NCBI GenBank assembly: GCA_028534125.1
Contig: CM052816.1
Span: 36,458,001 to 36,522,000, forward strand
Source of the DNA: Lama glama
Taxonomy: Eukaryota
Direction of reading: 5' to 3'
Length of the DNA: 64,000 nucleotides
The stretch's first letter is position 1, and every line of letters starts with the position of its first letter. This document shows, piece after piece, positions 50,385 to 63,730 of the stretch. Made by a program: the position numbers and the translations under genes. The notes beneath the pieces were generated by a model, which saw nothing but the letters and a program-made list of their open reading frames with translations, was not told the DNA's origin and made no database searches.

Positions 50385-52130
50385 TTTTAACTGGCATTTG
50401 TATTGATATATTTGTAAATTACATTAGTTGTAAGAAGTAATGCAAAGAGATCCTGTGTACCCTCTACTCGGTTTTACTCCAATGATACTATTTTGCAAAA
50501 TGATAGTATACTATCAAAATCAAGATATTAAAATTGATACAATCCACCCATCTTATCTATATTGCCTTAGTTTTACTTGAATTCCTTTGTGTGTGTACTT
50601 TAAGTTTTATACAATGTTACCCAGTTTTTCTGCAACGTCAACTACATTTGTTGTTGTCAATATTATTTTATCCATTTTGATCAGTGTGTGGTGATAATTC
50701 ATAGTAGTTTTAAGTTGAATTTCCCTGATGACTAATAATGTTAAAAATCTTTTCACATGCTTATTTGCCATCTGTGTATCCTCTGTGGTGAAATATATAT
50801 GCATGTCTTTTGCCCATTTTCTTATTTTTTAACCATTGAATTTTTGAGTTTTTTTTTTAATCTTCTGGATACTAGACCTTTGTCAGATATATGGATGAAA
50901 ATATTTCTTCCAATCTGTAGCTTTTCTTTTCATGTTCTTATGAGCTTTGACAGAGCAAAAGATTTTAACTTTGATTAGATTAAAGTTATCAATTTTTTCT
51001 TTTATGGATTGTGTTTTTTGTGTTGTCTAAAAATACTCTGTTGAAAAACGTGAAGACTTTCCTTTCTTCTCTGAAAGTTTTATGTTTCTTTCTGTCTTTT
51101 CTTTTCTGTTTTCTTTAACATTTAAAGTCATGATCCATTCTGAGTTGTTTTTTAATAAGATGTTGAGTTTTTAAATTGAAGTCTATTTTTTAGTTATGGA
51201 TGCCCATTTCTCCAGCACCATTTGTTGAAAAGGTGATCTTTCCTTTATTGAATTTCCTTTTCATCTTCTTACAAGATGATTATATTTGTATTGGCCTGTT
51301 TCTGGGTTTTCTGTTCGATTATGTGAACCTATGTGTTTATTCTTCTGACAGAAGCGCAATGTCTTGATTACTGTAGTTGTATAGTAGATTTTTAATAACA
51401 AATAAAGTGATGTCTCCCACTTTATTCTTATTTCAGTATAATCAGAACAATTCTAGAGTTTAACTTTCCATATAAATTTTAGAACTCTCTTTAGCTATAA
51501 AAATCTTTGTTGGAATTTTTGTAGGGGTCAAATTAAACCCATAGATCCATTTGAAGACAATCTTTATTATTTCCACAGTATTGCAATTAAATTCATTAAC
51601 TTGTTATATCTCTCCATTTACTTAGGTTTTCTTTATTTCATCTTCATTTTATAATTTTAACATACATATCCTGTACATATTTTGTTAAATGCATATCTAA
51701 GTCTTTCATTATATTTGAAGTAACTCTAAATGGTATTATGCTTTTAACTGCTGTTTTTACCATGCTCATTGTTAGTATATACAAATGTTACTGATTTTTT
51801 TGCATGTTAATTTTATATCCTGTGCCTTTCCTAGTTCTAATTCTAGGAGGATTTCTGTAGATTCCCTGTGGTATTCTACAATCATGTCATCTGTAATTAT
51901 AAGATAGTTTTATTTCATCTGTATATCTTTTATGTCTTTTCATTGACTTATTTCAGTGGCTACATCTTCAGTATTATACTGAGGAAGAGTGTTGAGAATC
52001 AGCATCTTGCCTTGTTCCCAATTTGGGGAAGACAGCATTTTGACTTTTTCCCATTAAATATGATGTTAGTTTTAGGTTTTTAATGTCTTTATCATGTCAA
52101 GCATTTAGCATGAATGGGTATTAGATTGGT
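50385..52130 (-). mobile_element. LINE-1, L1MC2/3-like, with internal deletion
   Basis: 3' terminus AGTTGTAAGAAGTAATGCAAAGAGATCCTGTGTACCCT; ORF relic EDTQMANKHVKRFLTLLVIREIQLKTTM (50607-50804); CCAGCACCATTTGTTGAAAAG; CAGCATCTTGCCTTGTTCC. Confidence 0.88.
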
Positions 52131-54169
52131 TAAGAATATTGTAGTCTTCTTTTCCATTGGATAAAAATCTAATTCTCTGATTTTAGCTTTTGAAATCTAA
52201 GTCCTTCTTGTACTGAGAGGAGTACCTTCTCCCTTTCCTGACCATGAAGCCACTGTGCCTGCTTTGGGAGTGTTATTGTCCCTAGTCTTTAAGTTCCCTG
52301 CGAAAGTATCTAGGTAGGGGTGGGAGGAAAACTTCAAAACTACAGAAAATGTGTGGGACTGTTTTCATGCACCTTTTGTAATAAATGTTTCTCTTTAGCA
52401 GGAAGCTGCCAAATATTTGTTTTCATTGTACTACACCTCTTCGTTGTTGGGAAAGGAAATAAAGTCTTCACTAATCTCTAACCACTGGCAGCTACAGAAG
52501 TTTGTTAAAATTTTTTTTTTGGTTGAACAACAGCATAACTTACATTAGTTAGCACACAGCTTCACAGAGACAGGGCTATGAATTACTTGGCATATGATAT
52601 ACAATTGATTTTAATTCATGTGACAAGCCAGAGGAAGAGTTGTCACATCCAAAGACAGGAGCAAGTAAGAGACAATTTCCCTGCGCAACACCTCCCCATG
52701 GGTGAACTGGTAATGACTTTTTGGACAGAGGAAGTTTCCTTGCCACAATAAGATAGTGTATTTTGAAGTTCTTCTAGAGCCTTGAGAAGGTTAGAGCAGC
52801 AATGAGAACATGCTGGGTGAGTTTGTGTCTAAACATATTCTGTACCAAGTGAATATGTGTGTCATAATAAAGATTGAGAGGAAGGAACATGGGGAACAAA
52901 TGTGCTGACTGAAAGAATGATCCATTTTACTCCCTAAAAATCCCAAGTTTCAAGACACACCCTCCATCCTCTCTCTTAAGTCTACTCTTGCCCTCAAAAA
53001 GGGATGTGTAGAATCACAGTACCCCACTGAAAATAAGACAGAATACTTCTGACTAAACCTGTATTTTGGAGCAAGTTGCCTTAACATATAGCCTATGAAA
53101 TTATTTTCTAGAAAAAGGCCTTTTGGTAGAAAATCTTAGTCATTTCAGAGATCCAGTATCTTTTCAAAAACAACTAAAGATAATTGCTTTCATCATCCAT
53201 CCAACAAATATGTATTGAGTACATATTACATGTAAGAACTTACAACTGAGTGAAACTGAGCTATTAACCAACCTTGTCACTGTCAAAAAAAAAAAAAATC
53301 AACCCTCAATTTTGAATGGTATCTCTTTAAGGAAAAAAAAAAAATTGTCACCCTTGAGTATATTTGAAGAAAAAGCTCTCTGACTGAGCATTTTAGAAGT
53401 TTGACTAAACTTTTTTTCTGAGTAAACTATTTCTATTTATATCACTGTGAATAACTATATGATCTCAGCTTATCCTTGAATTTATCCAGTGTCTTGAAAT
53501 CTACTAGAATGAACCTGACCAATGACCATGGTTAAAAAAGAAGTCTGATGGCAACTCCTTAGAATAGAACCATTTACTTAACAACTTCCTTCCACTAATC
53601 TATTTCTATCTGGTCCATAGCCACATATAGTTCCTGCTTTCTTTCTTTGAACTCCTTCATTTTGAGTATTGGAACAAATGCGTATTTTTATCTTTCACAG
53701 ATTGTCAGCATTATTTTCAACACTGCAGTTGATAAAGTATTTAGTTTGTGAGTTTTGCATTTATTTATTTTAACTAATTTTATATGCTTTTGTAGCCTAA
53801 AGTTCAGAAGGCTCATCAACCAAGAGAAATAAATGAGGTCATGTTAGCATTAATACGAAGATTCTACTGAGCTGTTATTTCCTACCTGCACAAGTGCAGC
53901 ACTTCAACCCCCTGAAAAGTCTCTCTAGTTATCGCTGAGACTCCTTAGGGAGTTTTTCACATTTGTTCAGTACCAATTTTACACATCAAAGAATTGTTGT
54001 TTTTCCTCCATGTCCCCACTGTTGATTGATTGTATCAACTTGTCATTCATCATTCTGCTGTATTTGTCCTGACTATGGTATCTCAATGTAACCCCAAGAA
54101 GCTAGGCTTTAAAAGGTGCTACTTTTCTTTCAGTCATTTAAGTGACCTTCATGACAAAACTAGACTCTA

Positions 54170-54420
54170 GAGGCTATAGCTTGTATGATTCATTTATATG
54201 ACATTCTAGAAAAAGCATAATTATTTGCACAGAGAACAGATCAATATTTGCCAGTGACATGGGGTAAGGAGAGGGCTTGAGTACAAAGAGGTACAAAAAC
54301 TTTTTGGTGGTTTGGAGGTATGGAACTATATACCTCAACTGTAGTTGTGGATACTCAATTATATATCTTTGTCAAAACTCATATAACCACATATGTATTG
54401 ATTATAAATTTTACCTCACT
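54170..54420 (+). mobile_element. Old L1 (L1MB/ME-like) 3'UTR fragment
   Basis: TGTATGATTCATTTATATGACATTCTAGAAAA...GAGAACAGATCA...TTTGTCAAAACTCAT...TAAATTTTACCTCA. Confidence 0.75.
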
Positions 54421-54703
54421 TTTGCTAACTGAAATAAGTCAGACAGAAAGATAAATACTGTATGATATCACTTATATGTGTAACCTAAAAAGTACAACAA
54501 ACTAGTAAATAAAACAGCAGACTCACAGATATAGAGAACAAACTAGTAGTTACCAGTGGGGAGAAGGTAGAGGGGAGGGGCAATAAGGGACTAGGGGATT
54601 GAAAAGAAAAGAATTATTATGGGCTAAATGAAATTGTGTATATGAAAGTTTTTAAAATTGTTAAGCAATACAGAATTTAAAGAATCTTTCATTTATAAAA
54701 ACA
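54421..54703 (+). mobile_element. Artiodactyl-type L1 3' end (L1_Art-like)
   Basis: GAAATAAGTCAGACAG...GCAGACTCACAGATATAGAGAACAAACTAGTAGTTACCAGTGGGGAG...AGAATTTAAAGAATCTTTCATT plus an A-rich end. Confidence 0.8.
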
Positions 54704-54879
54704 TTTTCAAGGCTTACTTTACTTTTCATTTGCAGTTATTTTTTGAAATTATTTATTTATACTTTTGTTCATTTATTTTATTAAATTGATTCTTTAATTT
54801 GCAAAAGCTCTTTGCATATTTCAGCTATAATTTTTTTGTGTATTATATGTATTTTGGATTAGCCAGACTTTTTAATTAA

Positions 54880-55200
54880 AAAAAATCATATATTATACAG
54901 TATTCATAACATATTTTATTACTTAACATTAGGACTATATGTTGTTAATTAAGGTTAATTAGAAAGTTGGAAAATGCCATACTTAACTGTGGCATAATAA
55001 TTGCAGACATGGTTCATCATAATTTATTTATCCATTTGCCTTATATTGGTCATAAAGGTTGTTAGTTTTTCATCATGAAAATAATTCCTATCATAAAGTA
55101 TTTACTGTTTTATCCATTATATTTTTAGTTTATGATCCTAGAATGAGAATTAGTGGATTCAAACACATAAAAATTTTAAGCATCCTAAAAAACATTCCTA
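54880..55200 (-). mobile_element. Ancient L1 (L1ME-like) fragment
   Basis: CATAATTTATTTATCCATTTGCCTTATATTGGTCATAAAGGTTG...CCTAGAATGAGAATTAGTGGATTCAAA. Confidence 0.55.
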
Positions 55201-55599
55201 GTAAATATGAAATTTATCTTTTTCACTTTCTTCTTTAATGTGCTTCCATTGTAAATGATTTAATTAGGAAGTTAATATTTCTACATTGTACAGTCCTCTA
55301 AAATATATTTTGTTTCACTTCATCTTTGTATAAAATTAACCATTTCTGTTTTGCTTAGTAGATTACTTCCTCTATAATTTCAACGACTATCAGATTCATG
55401 CCATTTTTCCCCTTTTGAGATAACCTCCTTCCTATATGCTAATTCTTTTAAAAAGGTACTGCATATTTAATAAATCCCCAACCAACTAGAAGATTAAAAA
55501 AGAGATATTTATGTTAAGTATATAAATTAAAGATAAATCTCCAAGATTGCTCCTGGATCAGGGAATTTGTGCTTGTGGTTCTCGCTCTGATTTCTCACA

Positions 55600-55920
55600 C
55601 CCTGACTTCCTCAGTCTGTTTTCCTTACTTCATTGTCTGCCCAAATATCGGTTCCTCTAAGGGGACTTTTCTTACCACTATTCATAAAATAGCCCTCTCT
55701 CCTCATCCTTCACTATCTACTCATTTTGCTTTTCTTTACACCTTATACCACGTCTCAGACAGTAAAGGCTGTTTTGTGTTAACCTGTGTATTTTGTTTTC
55801 TGGCACTAACTTGTCTGCACTAGAAACTTTGTCCAATGTATTTTTTGCTGTATTTTCAACTCTTATTTTCTGGCAACTGTAGGTATTCAATAGATATTCA
55901 TCAAATTAGAGGATTAACCA
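55600..55920 (+). mobile_element. LINE-2 3' end
   Basis: CTTCATTGTCTGCCCAAATATC...GGGACTTTTCTTACCACT...TCTGGCA...GTAGGTATTCAATAGATATT. Confidence 0.6.
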
Positions 55921-58900
55921 ATTGTTTGATTTATGTTCAAGCATTTAGTATTTTAAAGTAAATTTAATTCAACTTATTTTCATGTTAGTAGGGACAATAT
56001 TGACATAGGCATTGGTGGTCTATGTTTTCTTATACTTCTGAGCATTAAAAATTCTTCAGTAAAAAATTAAAAACAATTGGAAAAATAAAATTTGGGAGAG
56101 AAACATTTATTTTTGAATGTGAATATTTCAATGATTAATGTATAGAAAGGAAGATATAAACATTCCTGTTGTCACTGCTGTGTGATCTTATTGAATAGCT
56201 TGTCTTAGTTTGGACAACCACACACTATGTGATAGTGTGGTGCTGCCAGGTCAAGATGGTTGTAGTTGACAAAAGGGAGGCTCTAAAGACAATTTACATG
56301 TTGTGAAGAAAGGTTTCAAAAAGATTCTAAAACCATACATAAACTCACAAGCTAAAATCTGCTATTCATTATACACAATCTTAAAAGCTGCTCCAAGTTT
56401 GGGCTGTGATTGGTTGGCATGCTGGCATTTCAGCATTCCGCATGAGCCACAGGCACAGCTAGAAATGATGCTTAATGTTTTGAATCACTATTTTTATTAC
56501 CCAAACTTTAAAAAGTGCCCTGTACAATAAATGCTTTTGATTTATATTAAAATACAAAAGGAATCTAATATAAAATAATTATAGCCTCATAATATTTGAG
56601 TTTTGGACAACCACTCCCGTACTCTGAAATATTTTATGGTTTACATAATATAAGGCAGGTTATTTATTATACATAGATATCACCAAGTGTCCTAATTATT
56701 GATAGGCAAAGATTTTTATTACTAGTTTATAACTTAATTTATTATTGTTTTACTTCAGGTTTCTTATCCCTATCTATCTATCTATTCATCCATCCTCTCT
56801 CTCTATCTCCAGTATCAGAATTGGAAGGGGCGGTCATAACAATACACTAGAACAACTGTAACAAGCCAGTATTAATCATCAAAGTGTTCCATAATTAATT
56901 GACCAGGTCTCTTAGAGTCATAGCTTAGATACTCAAGGATTTCAACCATTCTTCCCTATTCATTCAGAGTAAACTCCTTCCCTGTAAACACTGGCACAAT
57001 CAAATCAGATTAGCTGTCAGTGGTGAACACAGCCTTGAATCGTAATAGGGCAAAATAAAAATAAGTGTAAGAGTAATAATTCAAGGGTTTTACTGCTGCA
57101 GATGTGCTACAAATTACATTCCTAGCTTTCAAGAGACCAATGTGAGGAGAAGAGCACAGATTCAAGATTTATGTTAGTGTTAATTTTTTTCCAGCTCTTT
57201 GTGGAGTTTTAGAAGTCTACTTCCTTAGTTACTAGTGTTTCCCAAAGAGACATTATCAGGTTTTTAAAAAGACTTACAGAAAAACTGAAACAAAATAAAA
57301 CAGAAAAGCCTAAAACAATAGCTAACATAATGCAAAAGAGAGCATTTGTCCGTGTGTGCGTGTGCATGTGCCTGTAATTGCAAGGGAAACTCTATTATAC
57401 TTATCTATGCTTGGAAAGGGAAGAGGGGAGAAGCGAAAATACGTGTAGACTCTCATGTTTGTATAATGGTTTTACTGAATTCCTTTGGTTTGCTGAAAAG
57501 CTTATTAATGCTGACAAATTCCAGGGGTTTGCCTGAAGGACTATCTGTAATACTGTATTATTTCCTAGGAAATTTATCACTTATGCTAACCCAAATTTTA
57601 CTTATCTTTCAGGGAATTCTTTAAAACAAAGTATGCCATAAATTTGTACATTCAAAAGAATATCTGATTTATTTTTCTTTTTTAAAGTAGTGTGTGATGA
57701 ACAGTCTAAATAAACAGATCCTTGATATCTAGGAATAGAGATTACAGAAGTTTCCTTAGCAAAATAATTCTCCTTAGTAGCTTGGTGAAAAGATCTCTCT
57801 TTTGGCTAAGATATTTTTCAGTACAGTTAAAGCTTTTTACTATTTGTTTTGAGTTTTACTTGTTTTCTGGGCACACAGAAAGCATCTCATTGTTGCTGAA
57901 CTTCTGTTGCCTCTATGGCATAGTGCTTCAAAATGATTAATCTTATGTAACAATTGTAAATTTTGTGATTAAATATCGTTTTGAAAAAGCAAACCTCTTG
58001 TAAAAATTTTATTTCATGATATTAAAACCAAAAACTAGATAATATCTAACTTTTCTTAATCTATTAATTTACTTTAGTAAATCTGTCTTAAAATGTCCAT
58101 GAAAAGTTGATTTTTTTAAATCCATAATTAGTAGGAAAAGCCACATAATTTTAGACTGCTGCACAATGAGAAAGTTAAAGCTCTTCTGTGACCACAACTT
58201 TTATGTACAAAAGTTATTTTAATAAAATCATTTTTGTGTCCTTTCAGTATCAAACACATAATATTACTGTTTATATATCTATATACTTTTATTTTATTGT
58301 AGATGTTATATGGAAGGTTAAGTCATGATTCAGCTATTTTGAAATACATTGCAGGCTATTTCTAAGGCTATGTTTAGGAGTCTATTAAATCTGTTATTAG
58401 GATTCTGAAAATTATTGACACATATCTAGTTATTTATGGCTATGCAACATAACAAAACACTACAAATTAAATCACTGTTTGGTCATTGATGAGTGTCTCA
58501 GCATTTGACCATCAGGAGCAGTGAAAAAAGCTGAATTGAATTGAAACGGTTAATTTCACAGCACCTTTAAGATATGAGTTTTCTGTACAACTTACAAGAA
58601 CAGAAAATGCTAGTGTCGTGTGGGTTAAAATACATTAATTCCACATAAAGGACTCTACAAAAGGAAAGGATATTTGATTTGTACGGCTTTAAAGTTTTAA
58701 CAGATGAGTCTATCCCTGGGAGACCACAGACCATTTACCATCACTAGATTGATTTTTTTCAATGCTAAAGGCTTGATGGTACTTTTCAGCACAGTTCATT
58801 GTGAGTAGAATGATACTTGAAATACACATTAACTAAAGAGTCTTCAGAGGCTGTATTAAGGAGATGAAACTCGGAGTGGCAGAGGGGATAGTAGCATTTA

Positions 58901-61689
58901 TTAAGAAGCAAAATTCTTGATGAGGTTTATATAAATAAAACTGCTGTAATAATTTCTAGGTTTGTTTCATAGGCATTAAATATAATCAAATAGTATTGTG
59001 GTTATTGCAGCGCTAACTTGTTCTAAGAAAAATTAATCTTTAGTATTTTTTGTGTTTCTTTTAACTTGTTAAATACATGTTCTGCTCTTTTTTTTCTGAA
59101 GTTGCTTTTGTTTGCAAGATGGATACATTTGCAAGGTCGATGGCTACCACAAATGACGGCTACCACAAATGACAACTGATATCAGTTAAACGGAACATGG
59201 ATTAAGAAACTGGAATCTAAGGGATACTACCAAAGGAAATTTTACTTCATAAATTTTCATTTAAATTTTAAATGACATGGGAAACCATTAGATTTCAATT
59301 ATGTAAGGACAACAAATTAAACGCAATAGTTATCTTGGATGTGATAATTTGGGGACATTTTAGTTTAATGTTTTTCTACATTTTCCACATATTTACTTTT
59401 AAAAAAAGAAATACATATAAATATGATCATTTTAAGGAGGAAAACCAGTTAGGGCAGCTAGGGAAGTCATTTAACAAAAATTCTGCCAAATGAACTGCAG
59501 CCTATCTTAAGGTAAGTTCCTGGGAGAAGGGCTGAATACTGAAGTTTCTTTTGAACAGAACCACATGAAACAAATGAATGGAGGTGTTAAATTAATTTTT
59601 AATGACAACCGTTTCCAAATTTGTTCACATCGACTAGGTTATTTGTGGCTTAAAAATTAATTTGAACTTCAGTGATCTTGTTCGTTGTACTGTGTTATCA
59701 AAATTAAATAGTTTTCTATGTCACTTTGTCACTTTGGGTTATAAAGTATATATATGCAGTGTACCTGTGTGCATGTATACACACATTATGTATATAATAT
59801 ATTCCTGAGTGGTGGGGTAGAACTAAACTTTTCACACTTCAGTTCATCCAAATTGGATTTGTTTTTAATTTCCTGGCTACCTCATTCAGTAAGAGTTCTC
59901 CACATTGATTTTGTCCTCTTCTGAAGTTCTTTAGTGCTTCGGGTCCGAACTGCCCAAGTGGATAACTTGTGTGTAGTTTTATGTTCTAGTGTATGCTAGC
60001 TCTGTCTCTGCAAAGATTCTGATACCCGCTTTTCCCCCAGTCTTCCTATCATGGTAGACACTCAAAAAAATGTATTGATGACTTGAAAGAATGTTTGGGT
60101 GTCATGTTGATTTATTATGATAATGTGCATAGTGTTCTGCTCTTCAATGTAAAAGTAAAAAAACATTTTCTATTCCAATGAACATTCATTGTTTCACTGT
60201 GAGTCTTGTAGAAAGAGTCATTATGGAATTAAACTTTTTGATTTTTAAAATCTGATTTAGTTTACTCTGGCTTAAAATTAATCCTGAATAAGTCTTTCTA
60301 ACAATTTATTGCTGAAATACACACAAGAGAGAAAGAGAAATGAAAACAAACTTGAACATAAATACTTTACCTAAACTACTGTCAAATTATGGCATTGGTT
60401 AATTATAATTATGAATTCAATGGCACTACTTTATATCAAACAAGCAAACAAGCAATCATCAATAAAAAAATCTTAGCAAACTAGATCTCACCTTATGATA
60501 TCTGGGCTTTGCCTCATAAAAGAGAGTAGCCTTGCTATTTTATTCTCTCCCCCAGTGTCTGCCTCTTGCTTTAAAGACCCAGTTCCTTTCCATAACAAAA
60601 ACTTGGCTGCAAGTGCTGCTTTTTGGGTTGTCCAGAAAATTGATCTCTCTTAATTAATGGTTTTCTACATCTCTTGAGAGTTTGAAACTTCTAGAGAGCA
60701 AAAAGACAAAGTTTACAGACACTGGGAGAAAAACATTCAATTATGAGCCGTTCTCAGTAACAAAGAACTTTTTTGGAGGTCAGAGGAAGGGGAGACACTT
60801 AGGGGCAAGCATGCTGGAGAGAGTAATTTGTTGTTGTTCTGTACTGGGTCAGAGACTCTATGTGGGTGGGGGTGGGTAGTTGTAGAACCAGCACTTTCTA
60901 AGGACTGTTGAGCTACATTCGATCCCTTCTACGAATGGGACCATGTCTGGGGCTATGAAAGTCCAGACTTTCCTTGTAAAGTAATTTGGTTAAGCAGTGG
61001 ATTTGATCTCATTTGAATGGTGAATAAGTGAAGTTGAAACATATTCAGAATGTTACTTTTTAATAGGGAGTGTCTATGGAGACCTTGTTTACTCAGAAGA
61101 TGGGGCCCATAAAAACATACCACAAAAGATACAGCAGAAATTCATAATTTCAAAATTCACTATTTCCAGTACAGTTTATTATCTAAGAAAATATATTCTT
61201 AACAAAATTTTTTTAAAAATCTATTACTACTAAGAAACAAAAATAAAAACTACAGTGGCAACTAAAAGGCAATAGAAATAAAAGATTTTCAACCCATCTA
61301 AAATTTAATAGTCAAATTAAAATTCATACTAAAAGAGATACAATAACAAGATTGTTTCAGATAGGCAAAGTCCAAAAAGTACATTATGGAATTTCAAAAT
61401 TACAATAAACTGAGAAACAAATCAATGCAAAAAATTCAAAAGTGAAAAGGAAAAACTATGAGGTAAAAATCTAGATAATTCCAGAAACACTTGTTGATGA
61501 GCATTTGTGTGTGTGTGGAGCAGGGTAGGTGGAGAGTGTGACAAAACTGTCTTATAGGTCAAAGAACTTTTATTTCCTTTATGTTGAGATAAAATACAGA
61601 TTCAAATATATGTATTAATAAAGTAACAAGAAAATAAAAATCAGTAGAAAAATAAAGACAATCTAAAATAAAAACCTACAAGAAAATAC

Positions 61690-62112
61690 TAGGTTATAGG
61701 CCAAAAGTAAAGAAGTAATTATGGGCTCATATCAGTTATTTTAGGATAGGGAAATTATTTAGGATGACTTTGACCTAATCAAGTCTTTAAAAAAGGACTG
61801 GGCTTTTTCTGGAGAGAGGGATTCAAGGCTTGAGAGAGATCTGGCACCAGTGACAGATAGCAAGAAGTCAGGGACCTCAGTCCTAAAACTGCAAGCCGGT
61901 AACATGAATGAGTATGGAAGCAGATTCTTCTTCAGAGCTTCCAGAAAAGAACACAGCCCAACTAATATCCTGATTCTAGCCTTATTAGATCTTGAGTAGA
62001 GAATCCAATCACATCATGCCTGAACATCTGACATAAAAATCTATGAGTTAACAAATGTATGTCTCTAAGTTTGTGATAATTTCTTACATAGTAATAGAAA
62101 ATCAGTTATACA
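61690..62112 (+). mobile_element. MaLR LTR, MLT1E-like, 5'-truncated
   Basis: AGCAAGAAGTCAGGGACCTCAGTCCTA, GGAAGCAGATTCTTC..CAGAGCTTCCAGAAAAGAACACAGCCC, CTAAGTTTGTGATAATTT..TACATAGTAATAGAAAA. Confidence 0.85.
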
Positions 62113-62859
62113 TAGAAATAAAGTCTGCTAAATTACTGAACTGAAGAGATCTATACAAGGTCAGCAAGGTTTTGTGTAGAAACAGGTAAGAAGAGGAGGA
62201 GGATTCAAAATGCATGCAAAATCATTGTAAACAATAAGCCAAAAATCTTAATTGAAACCCACCAAGTAGAACTTAGAACTCAGTAAAAATTGCACTATTC
62301 ACAAGTACTCCTGGTTGCTTGGTTACAGGACCCTTCCAGTCATGGTCTTGCATTTTGGGTGTAGGTTCTGGAAGTGTTTTAAAGGGGTTTTTTATCATTT
62401 AAAAAAAAGGATGAGACTGTGAGTTGCTGGTTTTAGATCCTTGGGACCCATAAATGTTTTATATCTTCTGTAACTTAGTCATCTCACCTATAATAGTAAA
62501 TATATTTGTTGTTCCATGTTGCTTCTCCTTCTTATATGGCACCATGTCTCCTGAAATGAGACCCCTGAAGCAGCAATGATTAATATTGCATTAAAGTACC
62601 TGCTAAAAAATTGTTATGGGAAAAACTAAAAGCTACAAGTAAAGCTACAGACTTAAGGACACTCTTTTTTGCAGTTTTTCATAAACTAGTTTAAAAAATA
62701 TGATGTAGAAGATTATTCTAATTAATAGGCTTTTATTAAAAAATTAACCCACAAACTAAGCAACCTATAAGCCATCAAAGACAACAGGCTGTAATGTCAG
62801 GGAATAATTAGGATTACCGAAGCCATGCTAGGCCATTAGAAAAGCCTCAACAAATATCA

Positions 62860-63400
62860 GATGAAGTTATATAGAACATATTCTGTTACTGCATGTAGTG
62901 AAAATAGAAATTAAGGGTAAACAAACAAAACACAAAACATTTGAAGCTAAAAAAAAATCTTACCCCTTGAAAAAAAAAAGAGATCAAAAAAATTACATTT
63001 TATTTAGAAATGAGCTTCATTTAATTGCAAGTCAAAATGTATGAAATATGACTAATTCATAAAATATCTGAATCAAAATTAATATTTACTATATGATTTT
63101 ATATTAATTATAATTATTTATTAAAATAAGCAAACAAATAAATATGAAACAAGTTAGGAAAATAACTACTCACATGCATAACAAAACAGGAAAAATAACC
63201 AATAAAGAATTAAAAATACATTAAAAAAGGAGAGGCAGTAAAATATGATAGTGTAATAAACCCATGTCTTCTAAAAATTCAAAACATAGAGAAACTCATG
63301 ACAAATCAAGTAAATAAAAAAAAATGATATGCAGTATAGAAAGATAGAAGTGGGCATGGCTCAATAAGATGCAATCTTTTAAGAGAATACTCTAGTCTCA
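62860..63400 (+). mobile_element. Ancient L1 ORF2 fragment (A-rich, highly decayed)
   Basis: AAAATAGAAATTAA...TATTTAGAAATGA...TCAAAATGTATGA and a strong A bias typical of the L1 sense strand. Confidence 0.45.
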
Positions 63401-63484
63401 TAATTGTATGATATTTATCCAGTTAATATTTTATGCTAGTAGTTGGGGATGATATATAAACACTTTATGCTTATTCGGTGAAAC

Positions 63485-63730
63485 AATAAAAGCGTCAGGA
63501 CTCTTGATGGCAAGTGACAACAAAAACAACACAAGCTGGCTCCAACAAGATGGTGTAAGTTTTTTCACATATATTTTATATTCAGATACATAAACCTGTA
63601 TCACCTAACAAGGTTCCATCGCTATAGGGGTTTCATGTCTCCAGTTTCTCTCCCTAGAGTTCTTGGTTTCACTTTCTCTAAGTTAGGTGCATTCTTTGGG
63701 AGGTTTTCTTCTTATTTCTATAGTAGAAGA
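63485..63730 (-). mobile_element. Old MaLR LTR fragment (MLT1J/K-like)
   Basis: GTCAGGACTCTTGATGGCAAGTGACAACAAAAAC...AAGCTGGCT resembles the reverse-strand MLT1J/K terminus. Confidence 0.45.

Noticed and set aside
56210..56617. TTTGGACAACCAC occurring twice about 390 bp apart
   Set aside because: A 13-bp match with no recognisable element or poly(A) between the copies, so not supportable as a TSD.
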